Source of the DNA: Patescibacteria group bacterium
GTDB lineage: Bacteria > Patescibacteriota > UBA1384 > XYA2-FULL-43-10 > 1-14-0-10-43-13
Assembly: GCA_041649155.1 (NCBI GenBank)
Contig: JBAZNP010000001.1
Location: 673,183 to 737,182 of the forward strand
DNA length: 64,000 bases
Direction: 5' to 3'
The notes below the pieces were generated by a model. The model did not search any database. It saw nothing but the letters and a program-made list of their open reading frames with translations, and was not told the origin of the DNA. Positions 39,097 to 49,385 of this stretch are shown piece after piece (the first letter of the stretch is position 1; each line of letters starts with the position of its first letter). Position numbers and translations under genes: made by a program.

Positions 39097-40886
39097 TGTT
39101 ACAAAATACGGAAACAAAATCTAAGTCAGGATTACTGATGGACGCATCTGCTCATTTTAGTGAATCAGGAACTTCTGATAACTTTTTGGAGCTTCAAAAG
39201 GCTCTTAGCGCTGCTTCTGAGGCGGATAAAAATAAACTACGTGCAAGATATGCAGGTAAAGAAGGTTCTGCGGTCGAAGCGTCTCAAGAAAAAGGTATTG
39301 AGACCAGTGAGCAGGAAAAATTTGATGAATTGATGGAGGCTGTGAATAAGTTTGAGGAATTGGCCAAAGAGACTAAGAACATTGAAAAAGAACTTCAGGA
39401 AGCCGAAAGGGCTCATGATGAACATTATAGTAGCTATGCTGGGAAGATTACTTTGGCTGATCAAAATAGAGAGAGGGGATTGGTTACACTTAGAGCTGAA
39501 GTCGGACAAAAGCTCGAAGAAATGATTGTATTAAAGGGTGATATTCTAGACAAATTATCAGATATTAAATCTCATGAACTGAGGGCGAAAACATATGAGC
39601 GATTTGAAAGAAAGAAACCTGATGAAGTAGGAATGTCCAGTGAAGTAAAGTTGGAAACAAAATCCGACAAACATACAGATGATTTAAAGCATCGAACACT
39701 TAATCATAAGGCTAGGGAAATAGTTAAGTCTAATCTTGAAAAAATAGCAAAAAAGAAAACAGAAGCGGAAAAAATTGTCGTAGAAGTGGCCCCTGAAAAT
39801 GTTGAGCCTTCTGTACAGGAAGAAACCGCTGTCGCAAATGATTTGAAAGAAGAAGAAATTAGAAATAATTCAGAAGATCATCTTGCGCCTGGGATTCAAA
39901 TTGGCCGAGAAGAGGAGAGTGAAACACCTAAACCAGAAGAAGTTCAGACTAAGTCTCCAAAGGATATTATTGAACAAAAAGCGGTTATTGATATTCCTGA
40001 ACAAAAACCCCAGCCAGTTGCAGAAAATAAATCTGAAATTAAAGACAAACCATCCGAACCTCCGGTTGAAATCATGGAAATTGGACCAGATGGCGATCCT
40101 GTTAGCGTTACAGATAATGAAGGAGACTTTAGGGAAGACGAGATAACTTTTGTTGATGGTTCGGCTCAGCAGAACATTCCACAATCAAAAGTGGGGGAAA
40201 GTGAAAAGCAAAAAGTAGATTCTTCAGAATTTATCGATAAAATCAGAGAAAAACAATCCGAAATTGCAGAAAGAATGGGACTGGAACTTAAGAAACCAGT
40301 TGCCGAACCGATAAGGAAAATTGACGACTTTTTGCCGCCAACATCCAGAATTGAACAGGCAGCGGAAACAATAGAGCAAGATTTAAATAAACCAATCGCA
40401 GCTGCAAAAGCAGAACCAATTATTGATGAGAAGACTGTGAGTTCTATTCCTGTTATCCCCGAGAAGTCGGGGATCCAAGATAGTGATAGATTAGTAGATT
40501 CCCGCCTACGCGGGAATGACAATGTGGAGGGCGGGAATGACAATGCGAAAATGGCTGAATCGGACGATCAAATATTAACTCAAAATATTCAAACAGCAGA
40601 GCCCGTTGTCCCTGAGCAGAAAATCGAACCGGTTCAGCCGGTTACGGAAGAAGTGGGTAATAATGATGCAGGCAATATGATAGATATCAAGCCGGCAATC
40701 GAGGCAAAAGAAATTCAATTAGAGCAGCCTTTGCCAGAGCAAAAGAGGGGATTCTTCGGGAGAATTTTTGGCGGGAATAACGCTGATAGGCATGGTGCTG
40801 AAGTGATAGCTGGAAAGGGTGATGAATTAACCGCTGACCACATACATCAAATATTGGGTGCTAATGAAGAGAAAGAAGCGGCATAG
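39096..40886 (+). CDS. Acidic low-complexity hypothetical protein with in-frame repeat
   Basis: 596-aa ORF, coiled-coil N-terminus, E/P-rich C-terminus, RGFFGRIFGG motif. Confidence 0.7.
   Translation: MLQNTETKSKSGLLMDASAHFSESGTSDNFLELQKALSAASEADKNKLRARYAGKEGSAVEASQEKGIETSEQEKFDELMEAVNKFEELAKETKNIEKELQEAERAHDEHYSSYAGKITLADQNRERGLVTLRAEVGQKLEEMIVLKGDILDKLSDIKSHELRAKTYERFERKKPDEVGMSSEVKLETKSDKHTDDLKHRTLNHKAREIVKSNLEKIAKKKTEAEKIVVEVAPENVEPSVQEETAVANDLKEEEIRNNSEDHLAPGIQIGREEESETPKPEEVQTKSPKDIIEQKAVIDIPEQKPQPVAENKSEIKDKPSEPPVEIMEIGPDGDPVSVTDNEGDFREDEITFVDGSAQQNIPQSKVGESEKQKVDSSEFIDKIREKQSEIAERMGLELKKPVAEPIRKIDDFLPPTSRIEQAAETIEQDLNKPIAAAKAEPIIDEKTVSSIPVIPEKSGIQDSDRLVDSRLRGNDNVEGGNDNAKMAESDDQILTQNIQTAEPVVPEQKIEPVQPVTEEVGNNDAGNMIDIKPAIEAKEIQLEQPLPEQKRGFFGRIFGGNNADRHGAEVIAGKGDELTADHIHQILGANEEKEAA
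40452..40541. repeat. dRS3/RPE-like double hairpin, in-frame
   Basis: GTTATCCCCGAGAAGTCGGGGATCC ... AGATTCCCGCCTACGCGGGAATGAC plus duplicated GCGGGAATGAC. Confidence 0.88.
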
Positions 40887-40897
40887 AATCTTATTAA

Positions 40898-40950
40898 CCT
40901 CACCTAACCCTGCCTACCGGCAGGCAGGCTCTCCTTGAAAAGGAGAGGGA
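40898..40950. repeat. CCTCACC..CTCTCC..GGAGAGGG-type repeat with a nested 20-bp palindrome
   Basis: CCTCACCTAAC[CCTGCCTACCGGCAGGCAGG]CTCTCCTTGAAAAGGAGAGGG. Confidence 0.65.
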
Positions 40951-40963
40951 GCAAAAAAACAAA

Positions 40964-43501
40964 ATGACAGACGATTATTATAATGGATATGAAAGTTCAA
41001 GTGGATCAAATTGGTGGATTTGGTTGGTTGTTTTTGTTGTCGCAATTATTCTGATTTATATTATTTATCAGAAGATAAGAAAGTCAGTATTACGAAAAAA
41101 CCAAATTAATTTGACTAAAGACTGGACAATGTACAAGGTTCTAGTGCCAAGAGAAAGGCATGCAGGAGAAGATGATCAACGCAAAAATTTTCAGGAAATG
41201 TTGTCAGTTATTGAACCTTTTTATGCAAACTTGAATGCAATGTTTGATAACACTGTCTCAAAAAGACTTCAGGGGCAGGATCATATTTCGCTGGAATTAA
41301 TTGCTAAAGATAATTTAATAAGTTTCTACATCGGTTGCTCCAAGAAAATATCTAATAGTATTTTAAAAAATCTCCATGCCCAATATCCTTATGCAGAAAT
41401 TACTGAAGATAAAAACTATTCAGTTTTTCCAAATAAGCCGTTAAAAATTGATATTGCCAATTTGGGGCTAATAAAAAGATATATTTTTCCCCTAAAAACA
41501 TACAAAACATTGGAAGAGGATCCCCTTAATGCTTTATCTAATTCACTATCGAAGTTGTCCGAGGATGAGCTGGCAGGGGTGCAATTTTTACTAAGGCCAA
41601 CCACAGGTGTCTGGAGAACGGCGGGAGAGAGGGCGGCGTTCAATATTCAGCACGGAAAATCCCGTGTTTCTCATTCAAACTCAGCTACAGTTAGAGCAGG
41701 GGAGGCATTTTTTAATTTTCTAGGTTCCGCGACGCAAACTGCGCAGGGAAAAGGGGAAGGCGAGCACTCCGAGCTATATGATCCAAAGAACCCAATGAAG
41801 TTAACTCCAATGCAGGAAAGTCAAATAAAGCTTTTAGGAGAAAAAGTCTCCAAGCTTGGATTTGAGTGTCAAATAAGAATTGTGAGTGTTGCTCCCACTA
41901 TGGAAAAAGCTCGCCAAAATACTAAAGAAATCGCTTCAATATTCAATCAATTTAATTCTCCTGACTCCAATGGGCTGAATATCAAATATCCAAAAAAGAG
42001 ATCAGAAGACATAGCGAACTATGTTTTCAGGCTTTTCGGTAGGGGACCGAGATTAATTTTAAATACTGAGGAGTTATCTTCCCTATATCATTTACCAAAT
42101 CGTTTTATTGAAACCCCAAATATTGCGTGGCTGTTAGCTAAAAAAGAGCCACCTCCATCAAATTTGCCAAAAGAAGGGACAATAATCGGAAACAGTGTAT
42201 TTAGGGGGAGTGAACTTCCAATTAAAATCAAAGAGTTAGATCGGCTGAGGCACGTTTATATGATAGGTAAAACCGGTGTTGGTAAAACCGTGCTTTTCGA
42301 AAATATGATCCTTCAGGATATAAAAGAAGGAAAGGGTGTCTGCTACCTTGATCCAAATGGAGATGCGGCAGAATACATTTTAAGCCGGATACCAAAAGAA
42401 AGAGCCGACGATGTAATTTACTTCAATCCAGCTGATATAGAGAGGCCAATGGGATTGAATTTGCTTGAATGGAAGACTCCTGAGCAGAGAGATTTCTTAG
42501 TTCAGGAAGCTATTCAAATATTTTATAAACTTTTTGATCCGGGGCAGACTGGAATTGTTGGACCGCAGTTTGAACACTGGATGAGAAATGCAGCCTTAAC
42601 TTTGATGGCTCATCCAGAAGGTGGAACCCTTATTGATATTCCAAGATTGTTTACTGACCCTGATTTTGAAAAGGACCGTGTGAAATATGTGCAAGATCCA
42701 GTAGTGAAAAACTTTTGGGAGAAGCAAATGGCTAAAACTGCTGATTTCCATAAGTCAGAAATGTTAAATTATTTCACTTCAAAATTTGGTCGCTTTATGA
42801 CCAATGATATGATGAGAAATATTTTGGGTCAGACTAAGTCATCATTTGACTTCAGGGATGTGATGGATAACAAGAAAATTCTGATCTGCAATTTATCAAA
42901 AGGATTAATAGGGGAGATCAACGCTTTTCTTCTGGGTATGATAATCGTATCCAAGATAGCGATCGGCGCTTTTTCCCGTCAGGATTTAACAGAAGAAGAG
43001 AGAATTCCCTTTTATCTTTATGTTGATGAATTCCAGAACTTTATTACAGATGTTTTTGCAACTATTCTTTCTGAGTCGAGAAAATACAAATTATCTTTAA
43101 ATATCACAAACCAGTACATTGCGCAGCTGGATGAAAAAATACGTGATGCTGTTATTGGTAATGCCGGCACTTTGGTGTCATTCAGAATTGGTGCGGCGGA
43201 TGCGGACTTTTTGGTTAAAGAATTTGATCCTCTTAAGCCTGACGATATGACCAATATTGATAAGTATAATTTTTATATAAAAATGCTGATTGATGGCGCA
43301 CCGACAAAGCCGTTTAATGGTCAGAGTTTGGCTCCCGATCCCAATGCAAATAGTCAGCTTAGCGCAGCTATAAAAGAATTATCAAGACTGAAATATGGGA
43401 AGCCAAAAGATCAAGTTAATAATGAAATATTAGATAGAACTAAAGTTGACTCTATAGATTTACCAGGGATTAGTTCTACGGATGCAGTGAAAACAGCATA
43501 G
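40964..43501 (+). CDS. VirD4/TraD/HerA-like P-loop ATPase with N-terminal TM (paralog 1)
   Basis: RLRHVYMIGKTGVGKT, YLDPNGD, LYVDEFQNF, LSESRKY, VIGNAGT. Confidence 0.88.
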   Translation: MTDDYYNGYESSSGSNWWIWLVVFVVAIILIYIIYQKIRKSVLRKNQINLTKDWTMYKVLVPRERHAGEDDQRKNFQEMLSVIEPFYANLNAMFDNTVSKRLQGQDHISLELIAKDNLISFYIGCSKKISNSILKNLHAQYPYAEITEDKNYSVFPNKPLKIDIANLGLIKRYIFPLKTYKTLEEDPLNALSNSLSKLSEDELAGVQFLLRPTTGVWRTAGERAAFNIQHGKSRVSHSNSATVRAGEAFFNFLGSATQTAQGKGEGEHSELYDPKNPMKLTPMQESQIKLLGEKVSKLGFECQIRIVSVAPTMEKARQNTKEIASIFNQFNSPDSNGLNIKYPKKRSEDIANYVFRLFGRGPRLILNTEELSSLYHLPNRFIETPNIAWLLAKKEPPPSNLPKEGTIIGNSVFRGSELPIKIKELDRLRHVYMIGKTGVGKTVLFENMILQDIKEGKGVCYLDPNGDAAEYILSRIPKERADDVIYFNPADIERPMGLNLLEWKTPEQRDFLVQEAIQIFYKLFDPGQTGIVGPQFEHWMRNAALTLMAHPEGGTLIDIPRLFTDPDFEKDRVKYVQDPVVKNFWEKQMAKTADFHKSEMLNYFTSKFGRFMTNDMMRNILGQTKSSFDFRDVMDNKKILICNLSKGLIGEINAFLLGMIIVSKIAIGAFSRQDLTEEERIPFYLYVDEFQNFITDVFATILSESRKYKLSLNITNQYIAQLDEKIRDAVIGNAGTLVSFRIGAADADFLVKEFDPLKPDDMTNIDKYNFYIKMLIDGAPTKPFNGQSLAPDPNANSQLSAAIKELSRLKYGKPKDQVNNEILDRTKVDSIDLPGISSTDAVKTA

Positions 43502-43553
43502 ATAGTTAATAAATGATAGTCTAATGATAGTCTATAGTTAATGGACTTCATAG

Positions 43554-43587
43554 AAAAAATCGCCTGTTATTTCAAAGGCGGTTTTTT
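43554..43587 (+). terminator. Intrinsic terminator
   Basis: AAAAAATCGCCT..AGGCGGTTTTTT. Confidence 0.6.
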
Positions 43588-43670
43588 AATTAAAAAATGT
43601 TGACGTCTGATCAATTATGTGGTAGGATAATTGCGTAAAAGGGGATAAAAAAACAAACAATCGGAGCATT

Positions 43671-44177
43671 ATGCCTCAAGAAAAAGAATTACAAGCGATT
43701 AAACACTTACTTGATTCTGCTGAAAATAATATCAGGCAGGTAAAAAGTATACTATTTGCGTCTGAAATTACAAAAAAAGCTCAAGATCTTGAGGAAAGTG
43801 GAGATGGCACAGTGATAGAAGGCGTGTTCGATGGTGAGAATATGATCGGTCCTGATAAGACAAAGTATCCAACACCTCCAAACTATGCGTCAAAATCAAA
43901 ACTTATTCCCGGTGATGTATTAAAATTGACAATACTTCCAGACGGATCATTTCTTTTCAAGCAAATTGGCCCGATAAAAAGAAAGAAGATCATTGGTGAG
44001 CTTGAAGAAATATCAGAAGGAAAGTTTATTGTTAATGCAGAAGGCAGGAAATATAGAGTTCTCCTTGCATCTGTGACATATTTTAAGGCTAATAATGGGG
44101 ACAAATTAACCATTATAGTGCCAGAAAAAGATGAGTCAGAGTGGGCAGCAGTAGAAAATATATTAGAAGGTAAATAA
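43671..44177 (+). CDS. Conserved hypothetical protein (CPR-type)
   Basis: IEGVFDGENMIGPD..YP.PPNYASKSKL..GD.LKL..FKQIGP; promoter TTGACG-N17-TAGGAT at ~43600-43628. Confidence 0.75.
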   Translation: MPQEKELQAIKHLLDSAENNIRQVKSILFASEITKKAQDLEESGDGTVIEGVFDGENMIGPDKTKYPTPPNYASKSKLIPGDVLKLTILPDGSFLFKQIGPIKRKKIIGELEEISEGKFIVNAEGRKYRVLLASVTYFKANNGDKLTIIVPEKDESEWAAVENILEGK

Positions 44178-44178
44178 A

Positions 44179-45213
44179 ATGACAACAATAAAGAATTTTA
44201 GTCCCTACAAAATTGTTAAAAAGGCAATGGAAAGCTTAAAACCAAATGAGGTTAAAGTTATTGCAGGTCGTTTTGGTATTGATGAAGACAGAAAGACTCT
44301 TTCCTCTATTGGTAAAGAATTAAATCTTTCGAGAGAAAGAATTCGTCAAATTGAAAAAGAGGGACTTAAAAAGCTTGCATCTAAAATCGTCGATCGTAAA
44401 AATGAATATCTTGAATTAATCATTCAATCATTTAAGCAAAGCGGTGGAATTGCCAAGCATGAAAATATCGCAAATAAGTTTTTGGAAGAGAGTTTGAAAT
44501 CAAATAAAAATGAATTTAATGCTTTGCATTTGATTTTCTTTCTCATGCCGGAACTTAAGAAGATCGATAAGACTAGAGAACTGGAAGCAAGCTGGGTCAT
44601 TGCTTCTTTATCTAAAGATGAAGTTCTTGGAATTATTAATAATTGGGTTGATCATCTACAAAAAGTGAAAAAACCAACTACGATAGATATTCTCGTAAAA
44701 GAAAATCCTAGTCATAATAAATATGAAATGACCTTTTTGTCCGAATTACCTTACATCAGTAAAAAGCTGGTTAAAACAGAAAATGACTTTATTGGATTAG
44801 CATCTTGGCCTGAAGTAAATCCTAAAAATGTGCGCGATAAAATTTACTATATCCTAAAAAAAGAAGGTAAACCTGTTCACTTTGAAATAATTGCAAAGAA
44901 GATTAATGAAGAAAAATTTTCAAAGAAAAAAGTTGTAAAAGCCACTGTTCACAATGAATTAATTGCTGACGACAGATTTATTCTAGTAGGCAGAGGAATT
45001 TATGCACTTAGAGAATGGGGATACGAGCCCGGAACAGTGAGAGATATTATAAAAAATATTTTAGATATTCATAATCATTCTATGAAGGTTGATGAAATTG
45101 TTTCAGAAGTTCTAAAACAAAGAACTGTTAAGAAAAACACTATTTTGATTAACTTGCAAACAAAGTCGGATTTTAAAAAAGCCGGCAAAGATAGCTACGA
45201 ACTCGCTAAGTAA
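44179..45213 (+). CDS. Sigma70 region-4 HTH fused to HARE-HTH-like winged helices
   Basis: RFG..TLSSIGKELNLSRERIRQIEKEGLKKL; TVHNELIADDRFILVGRGIYALREWG. Confidence 0.8.
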   Translation: MTTIKNFSPYKIVKKAMESLKPNEVKVIAGRFGIDEDRKTLSSIGKELNLSRERIRQIEKEGLKKLASKIVDRKNEYLELIIQSFKQSGGIAKHENIANKFLEESLKSNKNEFNALHLIFFLMPELKKIDKTRELEASWVIASLSKDEVLGIINNWVDHLQKVKKPTTIDILVKENPSHNKYEMTFLSELPYISKKLVKTENDFIGLASWPEVNPKNVRDKIYYILKKEGKPVHFEIIAKKINEEKFSKKKVVKATVHNELIADDRFILVGRGIYALREWGYEPGTVRDIIKNILDIHNHSMKVDEIVSEVLKQRTVKKNTILINLQTKSDFKKAGKDSYELAK

Positions 45214-45306
45214 TTAGCAAAAACATTGAGAATGATGTAAAATAGTGTTAGAAAGTAAACGCGATATAATTTGGCGTTTACTTGTAAAACAAAATGGGGG
45301 AGCTCT

Positions 45307-48300
45307 ATGCAGATTTTTTTATTTCTAATTTTAGTTGTAATTGTGTTAGCCGCAGGCTATCTTATTTTGATTTTAACTAAAATCAAAAATGCAAAAGCCA
45401 AGCAGGAGTGGATGGAGTCGCAAGAATATACGACCTTGCGAATTGATGTACCTAAAAATAATGACAAAAAACCACTTTCTGCCGAACAAATGTTTGCTTC
45501 CATTCATGGAATATATTCTGAAAATTCTCTTTTTCAGAACCATTTGAGTTTTGAAATAGTTGCCCGAGACAAATTCATTCAGTTTTATGTGTATGTGCCG
45601 AAACATATTAAGGACTTTGTTGAGGGCCAAATCTATGCTCAGTATCCAGCAGTCGAAATTCATGAAGTTCCTGATTATACGGAGTCTGTAAAGCCGACAG
45701 ATGGAATTAATTTTGCCGTTTGCGACTTAAACATGACAAAACCGGATGTCTATCCGGTGAAATTTTTTACTGATTTTGAGGTTGACCCATTGAGTGGTAT
45801 TACTTCTGTTATGACTAAGCTTAATCAGGGTGAAGAAGTATGGTTTCAATTGGTCATGAAGCCGGTAGGGGATGAGTGGCAAGAAAAAGGCAATAGCATC
45901 GTTTCGGCAGTCAGGGCCGGACGTAAACCAGGTGGGGTGGGCATTTCTAGCACTATATTAGGTCATTTAAAACAATTTTCAAAGGCTTTTATTCAGCAGG
46001 CGATTCAGCCTGGAGTCGAGACAGAAGAAAGCAAAAGCGAGGTTAAACTTCCAGCTACTGTGGAGGAGGCTCTTAAAGGGATTGAACAAAAAATAGTTAA
46101 ATTAGGGTTTGAGACAAAAATTCGTATTCTTTCAATCTCGAACGATCCCATTTCAGCTAAAGTGAGATGCCAAAGTGTCTCAGCTGCTTTTAAACAATTC
46201 AATACAACAAATTTAAATGGTTTTAAGGTCGGGGAAATAGTCACGAACAATTATGATACATGGAAAGACTTTTCTCAAAGGTCATTTGAAGATGCGGGTA
46301 ATATTCTTAATATCGCCGAGCTTGCTTCTATTTATCATCTTCCTCATGAAACTGTAGAAACACCAAACATTGTTTGGTCGGGCGCAAAAAAGGGTGAACC
46401 ACCGGCAAATTTGCCTTTCAGAGAAAATATATCCGAAGAGGTTTTGACCGTTATTGGCATGACTAATTTTAGAAGCACTTTTCATGAATTCGGTATAAAA
46501 AATGATGACAGAAGAAGGCATATCTATATTGTGGGTAAGTCTGGTACTGGTAAATCAACTCTGATTGAAAATATGGCTGTTGATGATGTAGTTAGGGGCA
46601 AAGGCGTAATAATTGTTGATCCTCATGGTGAATTGGCAGATAAAGTTATATCTTGTGTACCTGATTATCGAATTAATGATGTTATTGTTTTTGATCCTGC
46701 TGATCGAGCATACCCGATTGGTTTTAACCTGTTGGAACACGTAGAGGATGATTTTAAGGGCATGGTTGCTTCTGGATTTGTAGGGATATTTAAAAAAATC
46801 TTCGGTGATTCATGGGGCCCCCGTTTGGAGCATATCTTAAGAAATACTGTTTTGGCATTGCTTGATTTTACAGAATCGACAATGCTTGATATTCCACGAA
46901 TGCTTACGGATAACCGTTTTAGAGATCGTGTAGTTGAAAAAGTTAAGGATCCGGTAATCAGGGACTTCTGGGTAAATGAATTTGCTCAATATGATAGTAA
47001 GTTCAGAACTGAAGCAGTGTCTCCGATTTTGAATAAAGTCGGTCAATTTTTGGCGACTGCTACTATTCGAAATATTGTTGGCCAGTCAAAATCAAAAATC
47101 AATATCAGGGAAATTATGGATCAGAAGAAGATATTGATTGTAAATCTTTCCCGTGGAAAAATTGGCGAAGACAATTCCGCTTTGCTCGGTGCTATGATGA
47201 TTACCAAAATTCAGCTTGCAGCAATGAGTCGTGCTGATGTTACGGCAGATAAGAGAGCAGATTGTTTCTTATATGTTGACGAGTTTCAGAACTTTGCTAC
47301 AGAATCTTTTGCAACCATTTTGTCAGAAGCGAGAAAATATAATCTATGTTTGACGATGGCTAACCAGTACATTGAGCAGATGTCTGAAGAGGTAAGAAGT
47401 GCTGTGTTCGGTAATGCCGGCACTATTGCGGCATTTAGGGTTGGCGGAGCTGACGCTGATTTTCTGGTTAAGGAATTTGAGCCTGTATTTGATGCAAACG
47501 ATATGGTTAATCTTGATAAATATAACATCTATATTAAACTTTTGATTGACGGTATTTCTTCGCCGGCTTTTTCGGCTAAGACTTTACCGCCGGTTCAAAA
47601 ACTTACCGGTAATGTTGAGAAAATTGTCAATCAATCGCACGAAAAATACTCTTCTTTGCGTTCAGTGATAGAAGAAAAGATTATCAATAGGGACAAGGAA
47701 GAAGAAGCTCTTCTTAAAGCTGAAGCTGAAGCTTTTAAACAAGGTGGATTAGAAGCTTTATTAGTAAAAAAAGCTGATCATTCTACGGTTCATGTTGCGT
47801 CGCCGGAAAAGAAATCCGATGCGTTTGGTGAAGCGCCAAAGGAGACGGGGGATAGTCTTAAAAGAGAAAGTGTGCCAGAAAGAGTAACGTCAGAAAATAC
47901 AGAAAATACTGAGGACTATATCAAGAAGGAATCCAAGCCGCGTGTTTTTAGATATCAAAATATAATTGGCGATAAAATCTATAAAGAGCAAACCGCGAGA
48001 GGGGGAGTAAAGTGGTATGTTGGAGAGGAAATCGATCTTGCTAAGCAGAAAGAGCTTGGTGTGGAAGTTTTGAAAGATGGCGAAAAAATGATTGAATTGG
48101 CAAACAAGGTCAAAAAATCTGCCGTTAACGTAAGCCATGAGAGAACGGAGGATCCAAAAGATACAGATTTAAACAAAACCGATTCTACTATTAAAGATCG
48201 CGAAACAGGATCAAAGGAAACTAAAAAAGTAGAAGATGAAAAATCTTTAACACCTTCTAAAGAACCTGATGTGATCATTCAGGAAGAAAAAGGCGAGAAA

Positions 48301-48393
48301 GCAAAAGAAACTACTACCAAAGATAATAAAACCAATATTGTTAATCATGCCGATGCGAAACACCTAACAGAAGGTGAAGAAACAGTTTTGTAA
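45307..48393 (+). CDS. VirD4/TraD/HerA-like P-loop ATPase with N-terminal TM and charged tail (paralog 2)
   Basis: RRRHIYIVGKSGTGKS, VDPHGE, LYVDEFQNF, LSEARKY, VFGNAGT. Confidence 0.88.
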   Translation: MQIFLFLILVVIVLAAGYLILILTKIKNAKAKQEWMESQEYTTLRIDVPKNNDKKPLSAEQMFASIHGIYSENSLFQNHLSFEIVARDKFIQFYVYVPKHIKDFVEGQIYAQYPAVEIHEVPDYTESVKPTDGINFAVCDLNMTKPDVYPVKFFTDFEVDPLSGITSVMTKLNQGEEVWFQLVMKPVGDEWQEKGNSIVSAVRAGRKPGGVGISSTILGHLKQFSKAFIQQAIQPGVETEESKSEVKLPATVEEALKGIEQKIVKLGFETKIRILSISNDPISAKVRCQSVSAAFKQFNTTNLNGFKVGEIVTNNYDTWKDFSQRSFEDAGNILNIAELASIYHLPHETVETPNIVWSGAKKGEPPANLPFRENISEEVLTVIGMTNFRSTFHEFGIKNDDRRRHIYIVGKSGTGKSTLIENMAVDDVVRGKGVIIVDPHGELADKVISCVPDYRINDVIVFDPADRAYPIGFNLLEHVEDDFKGMVASGFVGIFKKIFGDSWGPRLEHILRNTVLALLDFTESTMLDIPRMLTDNRFRDRVVEKVKDPVIRDFWVNEFAQYDSKFRTEAVSPILNKVGQFLATATIRNIVGQSKSKINIREIMDQKKILIVNLSRGKIGEDNSALLGAMMITKIQLAAMSRADVTADKRADCFLYVDEFQNFATESFATILSEARKYNLCLTMANQYIEQMSEEVRSAVFGNAGTIAAFRVGGADADFLVKEFEPVFDANDMVNLDKYNIYIKLLIDGISSPAFSAKTLPPVQKLTGNVEKIVNQSHEKYSSLRSVIEEKIINRDKEEEALLKAEAEAFKQGGLEALLVKKADHSTVHVASPEKKSDAFGEAPKETGDSLKRESVPERVTSENTENTEDYIKKESKPRVFRYQNIIGDKIYKEQTARGGVKWYVGEEIDLAKQKELGVEVLKDGEKMIELANKVKKSAVNVSHERTEDPKDTDLNKTDSTIKDRETGSKETKKVEDEKSLTPSKEPDVIIQEEKGEKAKETTTKDNKTNIVNHADAKHLTEGEETVL

Positions 48394-48616
48394 AACTGAG
48401 AGCTTAGATTTTAATTTAAGGGATTTTTTCGATTTTTCGGCAGGGGATAATGAAATCGGGGGAGTGCCTTATTTTTCATTTTATTCTATTTTTTATTTCT
48501 CAACAAAAAGTACCCCCTCTTTCTTTTCTGAAATCATTAAAATAAAATGAAAAATAGAATAAAAAAAAGAGGCTTATTTTATTTTATAATTTTATTATTT
48601 TAATGTAATTATTATT

Positions 48617-48702
48617 GTCATTTCGACCCCGTGCCCGTGAAACGGTTGGAGAAATCTTAATTAAGATGGGTTGAAAGATCCCTCCACGTTGGTTGGGATG
48701 AC
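48617..48702. repeat. GTCAT..ATGAC double-arm repeat
   Basis: GTCATTTCGAC..GGAGAAATCT ... AGATCCCTCCACGTTGGTTGGGATGAC. Confidence 0.8.
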
Positions 48703-48847
48703 AATAGTGAGTTATATTGACCAAGAGGACTGGTTCGGAGAGCTGAGAAAGGCTTCTAGGGGGCTTTGCATGAGTCTGATATGAGAACTATTATGTGTCC
48801 TCGGTACAATAAATACTGGATTGCGTCGTGGCGATTTTGCATGAATA

Positions 48848-48875
48848 ATGTCGCATAACATGCATTATGCGACAT
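48848..48875. other. dif: dif-like chromosome dimer resolution site at the likely terminus
   Basis: ATGTCGCATAA-CATGCA-TTATGCGACAT (11-6-11) at the gene-strand convergence. Confidence 0.8.
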
Positions 48876-48993
48876 AAACATTTACTAAATATGACTTTTC
48901 TATCAAATCGGTTGTATTTTAACTAAGTAAACAGGATTATTGAGCACAAAAAACCCTACAATCGATTTTAAGCGATTTTTATTGTTTGAGTGA

Positions 48994-49368
48994 CTATTTC
49001 CCCATCTCGTCTTTAGATTCTATGTTGATTTGTTTCCAAATTTTACCGAATGCGGTGGTTTTTATAATTCCGATGTTGGCAAAGATCCTAATGACGAAAG
49101 CTACTAGTATGGCTAGATATAGATCCAGGTTCAATTTATCTCCAATAAAGGTAATCAGTACTGCGATGATCATATTGAAGGCAAGTCCTGAGAGAAATAT
49201 GGTTGTTGAATATTTTTTTTCGATCGATGCACGAATGGCGCCAAATAGGGAATCGAGAACTCCGACGATTGCAACTGCAGTGTAGCGGGCAAGTTCTGGC
49301 GGAATATTAATTTGAAGAAAAGCCCCCATGATCAATCCTAGTGAAAGACCCAATATTATAAGATACAT
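48994..49368 (-). CDS. sbp: Small basic protein (Sbp/DUF1290 family)
   Basis: ARYTAVAIVGVLDSLFGAIRA..FLSG..N..GDKLNLDLYLA..RIFAN. Confidence 0.8.
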   Translation of the reverse strand: MYLIILGLSLGLIMGAFLQINIPPELARYTAVAIVGVLDSLFGAIRASIEKKYSTTIFLSGLAFNMIIAVLITFIGDKLNLDLYLAILVAFVIRIFANIGIIKTTAFGKIWKQINIESKDEMGK

Positions 49369-49385
49369 AATAACTCCTTCGGATA

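Noticed and set aside
44383-44400. ATCGTCGATCGT core of the 40-bp repeat inside the sigma4/HARE-HTH gene
   Set aside because: Only the ~12-bp core matches and the flanking arms are absent; probably chance.
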